From Thermococcus paralvinellae (GTDB taxonomy: Archaea; Methanobacteriota_B; Thermococci; Thermococcales; Thermococcaceae), in NCBI RefSeq assembly GCF_000517445.1, contig NZ_CP006965.1:944681-968680 (forward strand): a DNA stretch of 24,000 nt. The letters are read 5' to 3'. The stretch's first letter is position 1. Each line of letters opens with the position of its first letter. Positions 22,368-24,000 of this stretch are shown here, piece by piece. A program made the position numbers and the translations under genes. Under the pieces are notes generated by a model, which had not been told where the DNA came from, made no database searches, and saw only the letters and a list, made by a program, of their open reading frames with translations.

Positions 22368-23222
22368 TTAAAGCATCAATATGTCCTCAACGATGCTTAT
22401 CCTTGAAACTGGGGTTGGAATAGTATTTGTTACTGCAAGCTCATCGACAGCTTTGCTAACTCTTTCAATAGCACCCTCAGCAAAGACTCCATGAGTAGCT
22501 ACAACGTATATCTTTTTTGCTCCCATTTTTCTCAATATGTTCGCTGCCCTTATCATCGTTCCACCTGTGCTTATAATGTCATCAACTATTAGCACATTCT
22601 TTCCTTCAACGTCAATATTGACTGGAGTCATCTGGACTTCAGTTGGGGAAATTCTCTTTTTCTCAAAGTGACTAAACTCTACTCCTAAAATTTTGGCAAC
22701 GGCTCTCGCTCTTTCTAGAGCTCCTTTGTCTGGTGCTAGGACTATGCCCTCTCTAAGTTTGTCTTTGAAATAGCTAGCAATTGCCCTTGCTGGACTCAGA
22801 TTAACTGCCTTTTTGGGGAAAAATTCCAGTGTCTTGGGATTGTGCAGGTCAAAAACATAAAGCTCATCATAGTAAATGCTTATCGCTTTCATAATAGCTC
22901 TAACGCTTATTGGCTCTCCATCCTTTGTAACTCTGTCTTGTCTTGAGTATGCAAGATAAGGGACAACTGCAATTAGCTTTTTGAATCCTTTTTCTCTAAG
23001 TGCATCTCCCAATAAAAGAAGCTCAATTAAATGTTCGTCTTGGGGAGAATATGTTGATTGTACGATAATAGCTTCCTCTCCTTCTCCAAACACTCTGACG
23101 TATTTTTCACCATCTGGAAACTTTTTAATCTCTACCTCAAGGAGATCTTTCTTGTAATTTTGACTTTTTTCTTCAATCTCATTTTTCAAGTGCTGAGCAC
23201 CACTTCCAAGGACAATTTTCAT
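22368..23222 (-). CDS. prs: ribose-phosphate pyrophosphokinase (PRPP synthetase)
   Basis: 284 aa with [10 protein letters not shown] and the PRPP loop [25 protein letters not shown] ribosome-binding site lies immediately upstream of the ATG. Confidence 0.92.
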   Translation of the reverse strand: MKIVLGSGAQHLKNEIEEKSQNYKKDLLEVEIKKFPDGEKYVRVFGEGEEAIIVQSTYSPQDEHLIELLLLGDALREKGFKKLIAVVPYLAYSRQDRVTKDGEPISVRAIMKAISIYYDELYVFDLHNPKTLEFFPKKAVNLSPARAIASYFKDKLREGIVLAPDKGALERARAVAKILGVEFSHFEKKRISPTEVQMTPVNIDVEGKNVLIVDDIISTGGTMIRAANILRKMGAKKIYVVATHGVFAEGAIERVSKAVDELAVTNTIPTPVSRISIVEDILML

Positions 23223-23234
23223 GATATCACCTCC

Positions 23235-23933
23235 CTAAACCAATAATACCGCAATTATACCAGCGAGAAAAATGCCATCAAATGTGCCTGCGCCACCGAT
23301 ACTTACCATTGGAGCTCCAAGTTCCTTAATTTTACTCCAGTTAAGTAAATCCGCCCCAATTAAAACACCCATGGTTCCACTTGCATATGCCACTGCTGGC
23401 TTGTTAGGGCCTCCAATTAAGAGAGCCAGGGAAGCGGCTATGAGGGGAGGAATAAATGTTGGGATTGCAATTCCTAGTCCTTTAACTGGTTTTGAAAAGA
23501 TGTTGCTGAGTATTGCAGATATCAATATTGCTATGAGTATCCTAGCAATTAACTCTGTATCTCCAATAAGTGCAAACCTGACGAACTCATAGGTAACTAT
23601 GCTCAAGGGAACTAGTGCTCCACCAACGTTTATAGCAATTATCATCTTTTGTTCTCCCCAATCGATATATGGAACAGGGTATCTAATTCCAAAAAAACTC
23701 ACTTCCCTTACCTTTAGTATTGGTGCATATGTCCTTGTTTCTGCTATGGGGATATTTATGAAGCTTCCAATTAAGGAAGCCCAAAAGAGAGTATACGCAA
23801 CGGGCAGAGGAAGACCAAGCTTTTGAAATGCCAGTGTTATAGTTCCCGCAAAGAGCAAAAATAAGATGGGTATTAACAGCAGAAAAAGTATGAGGAATGG
23901 CAAGCTTAGTGGGAGAAAGAAAAATTTTCTCAT
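23235..23933 (-). CDS. polytopic integral membrane protein (possibly DUF1614 family; family call from memory only)
   Basis: 232-aa highly hydrophobic ORF with several predicted TM segments and a GGGGGT ribosome-binding-site-like sequence upstream. It is probably co-transcribed with prs. Confidence 0.65.
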   Translation of the reverse strand: MRKFFFLPLSLPFLILFLLLIPILFLLFAGTITLAFQKLGLPLPVAYTLFWASLIGSFINIPIAETRTYAPILKVREVSFFGIRYPVPYIDWGEQKMIIAINVGGALVPLSIVTYEFVRFALIGDTELIARILIAILISAILSNIFSKPVKGLGIAIPTFIPPLIAASLALLIGGPNKPAVAYASGTMGVLIGADLLNWSKIKELGAPMVSIGGAGTFDGIFLAGIIAVLLV

Positions 23934-23946
23934 TTCTTAAACCCCC

Positions 23947-24000
23947 TTATGTTGACCCATATTTGAGCACCATTTGCCATAATGACTTCCTTGGGCTCTT
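23947..24000 (-). CDS. 3' end of a gene continuing beyond the window (...KSPRKSLWQMVLKYGST*)
   Basis: A minus-strand frame is open from the window edge to the TAA at 23947-23949. The fragment is too short to classify. Confidence 0.3.
   Translation of the reverse strand, partial: KSPRKSLWQMVLKYGST

Overview
The window looks archaeal and Thermococcales-like (Thermococcus, Pyrococcus or Palaeococcus). Three things support this: an AT-rich genome with strongly GC-rich rRNA, GGAGGTGA-type ribosome-binding sites, and a CRISPR repeat that is a close relative of the P. furiosus repeat. No database search was possible, so all family names rest on motifs recognised by eye.

Left third: a purine phosphoribosyltransferase, a small hypothetical ORF, a secreted HExxH protein, a membrane-anchored ZnuA/TroA-like metal-binding protein, and a complete BMP/PnrA-type ABC importer operon on the minus strand.

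Centre: a large CRISPR locus at 9388-12755. Its 30-nt repeat in crRNA sense is GTTTCAATAAGACTTTAGAAGAATTGAAAT. It is followed by a roughly 0.5-kb AT-rich leader and an adaptation-only cas module (cas2, cas1, cas4), which is interrupted by genes for secreted or membrane proteins.

Right third: a minus-strand 16S-tRNA-Ala(TGC)-23S rRNA operon with no linked 5S, then prs and a polytopic membrane protein.

The most unusual signal is that the CRISPR array is not collinear. After 32 normal minus-sense units it passes through a palindromic hybrid repeat into a 1.1-kb block of opposite polarity. That block holds only two spacers, each tandemly amplified: 6 copies of the reverse complement of an existing spacer, then 10.3 copies of a spacer seen nowhere else in the window. 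A mid-spacer breakpoint then returns the array to normal polarity for a single leader-proximal unit. This is either a real recent rearrangement and amplification or an assembly artefact, and it needs read-level validation.

The second notable signal is a perfect 18-bp inverted repeat bracketing a 216-bp start-less coding remnant, directly against the 23S 3' end.
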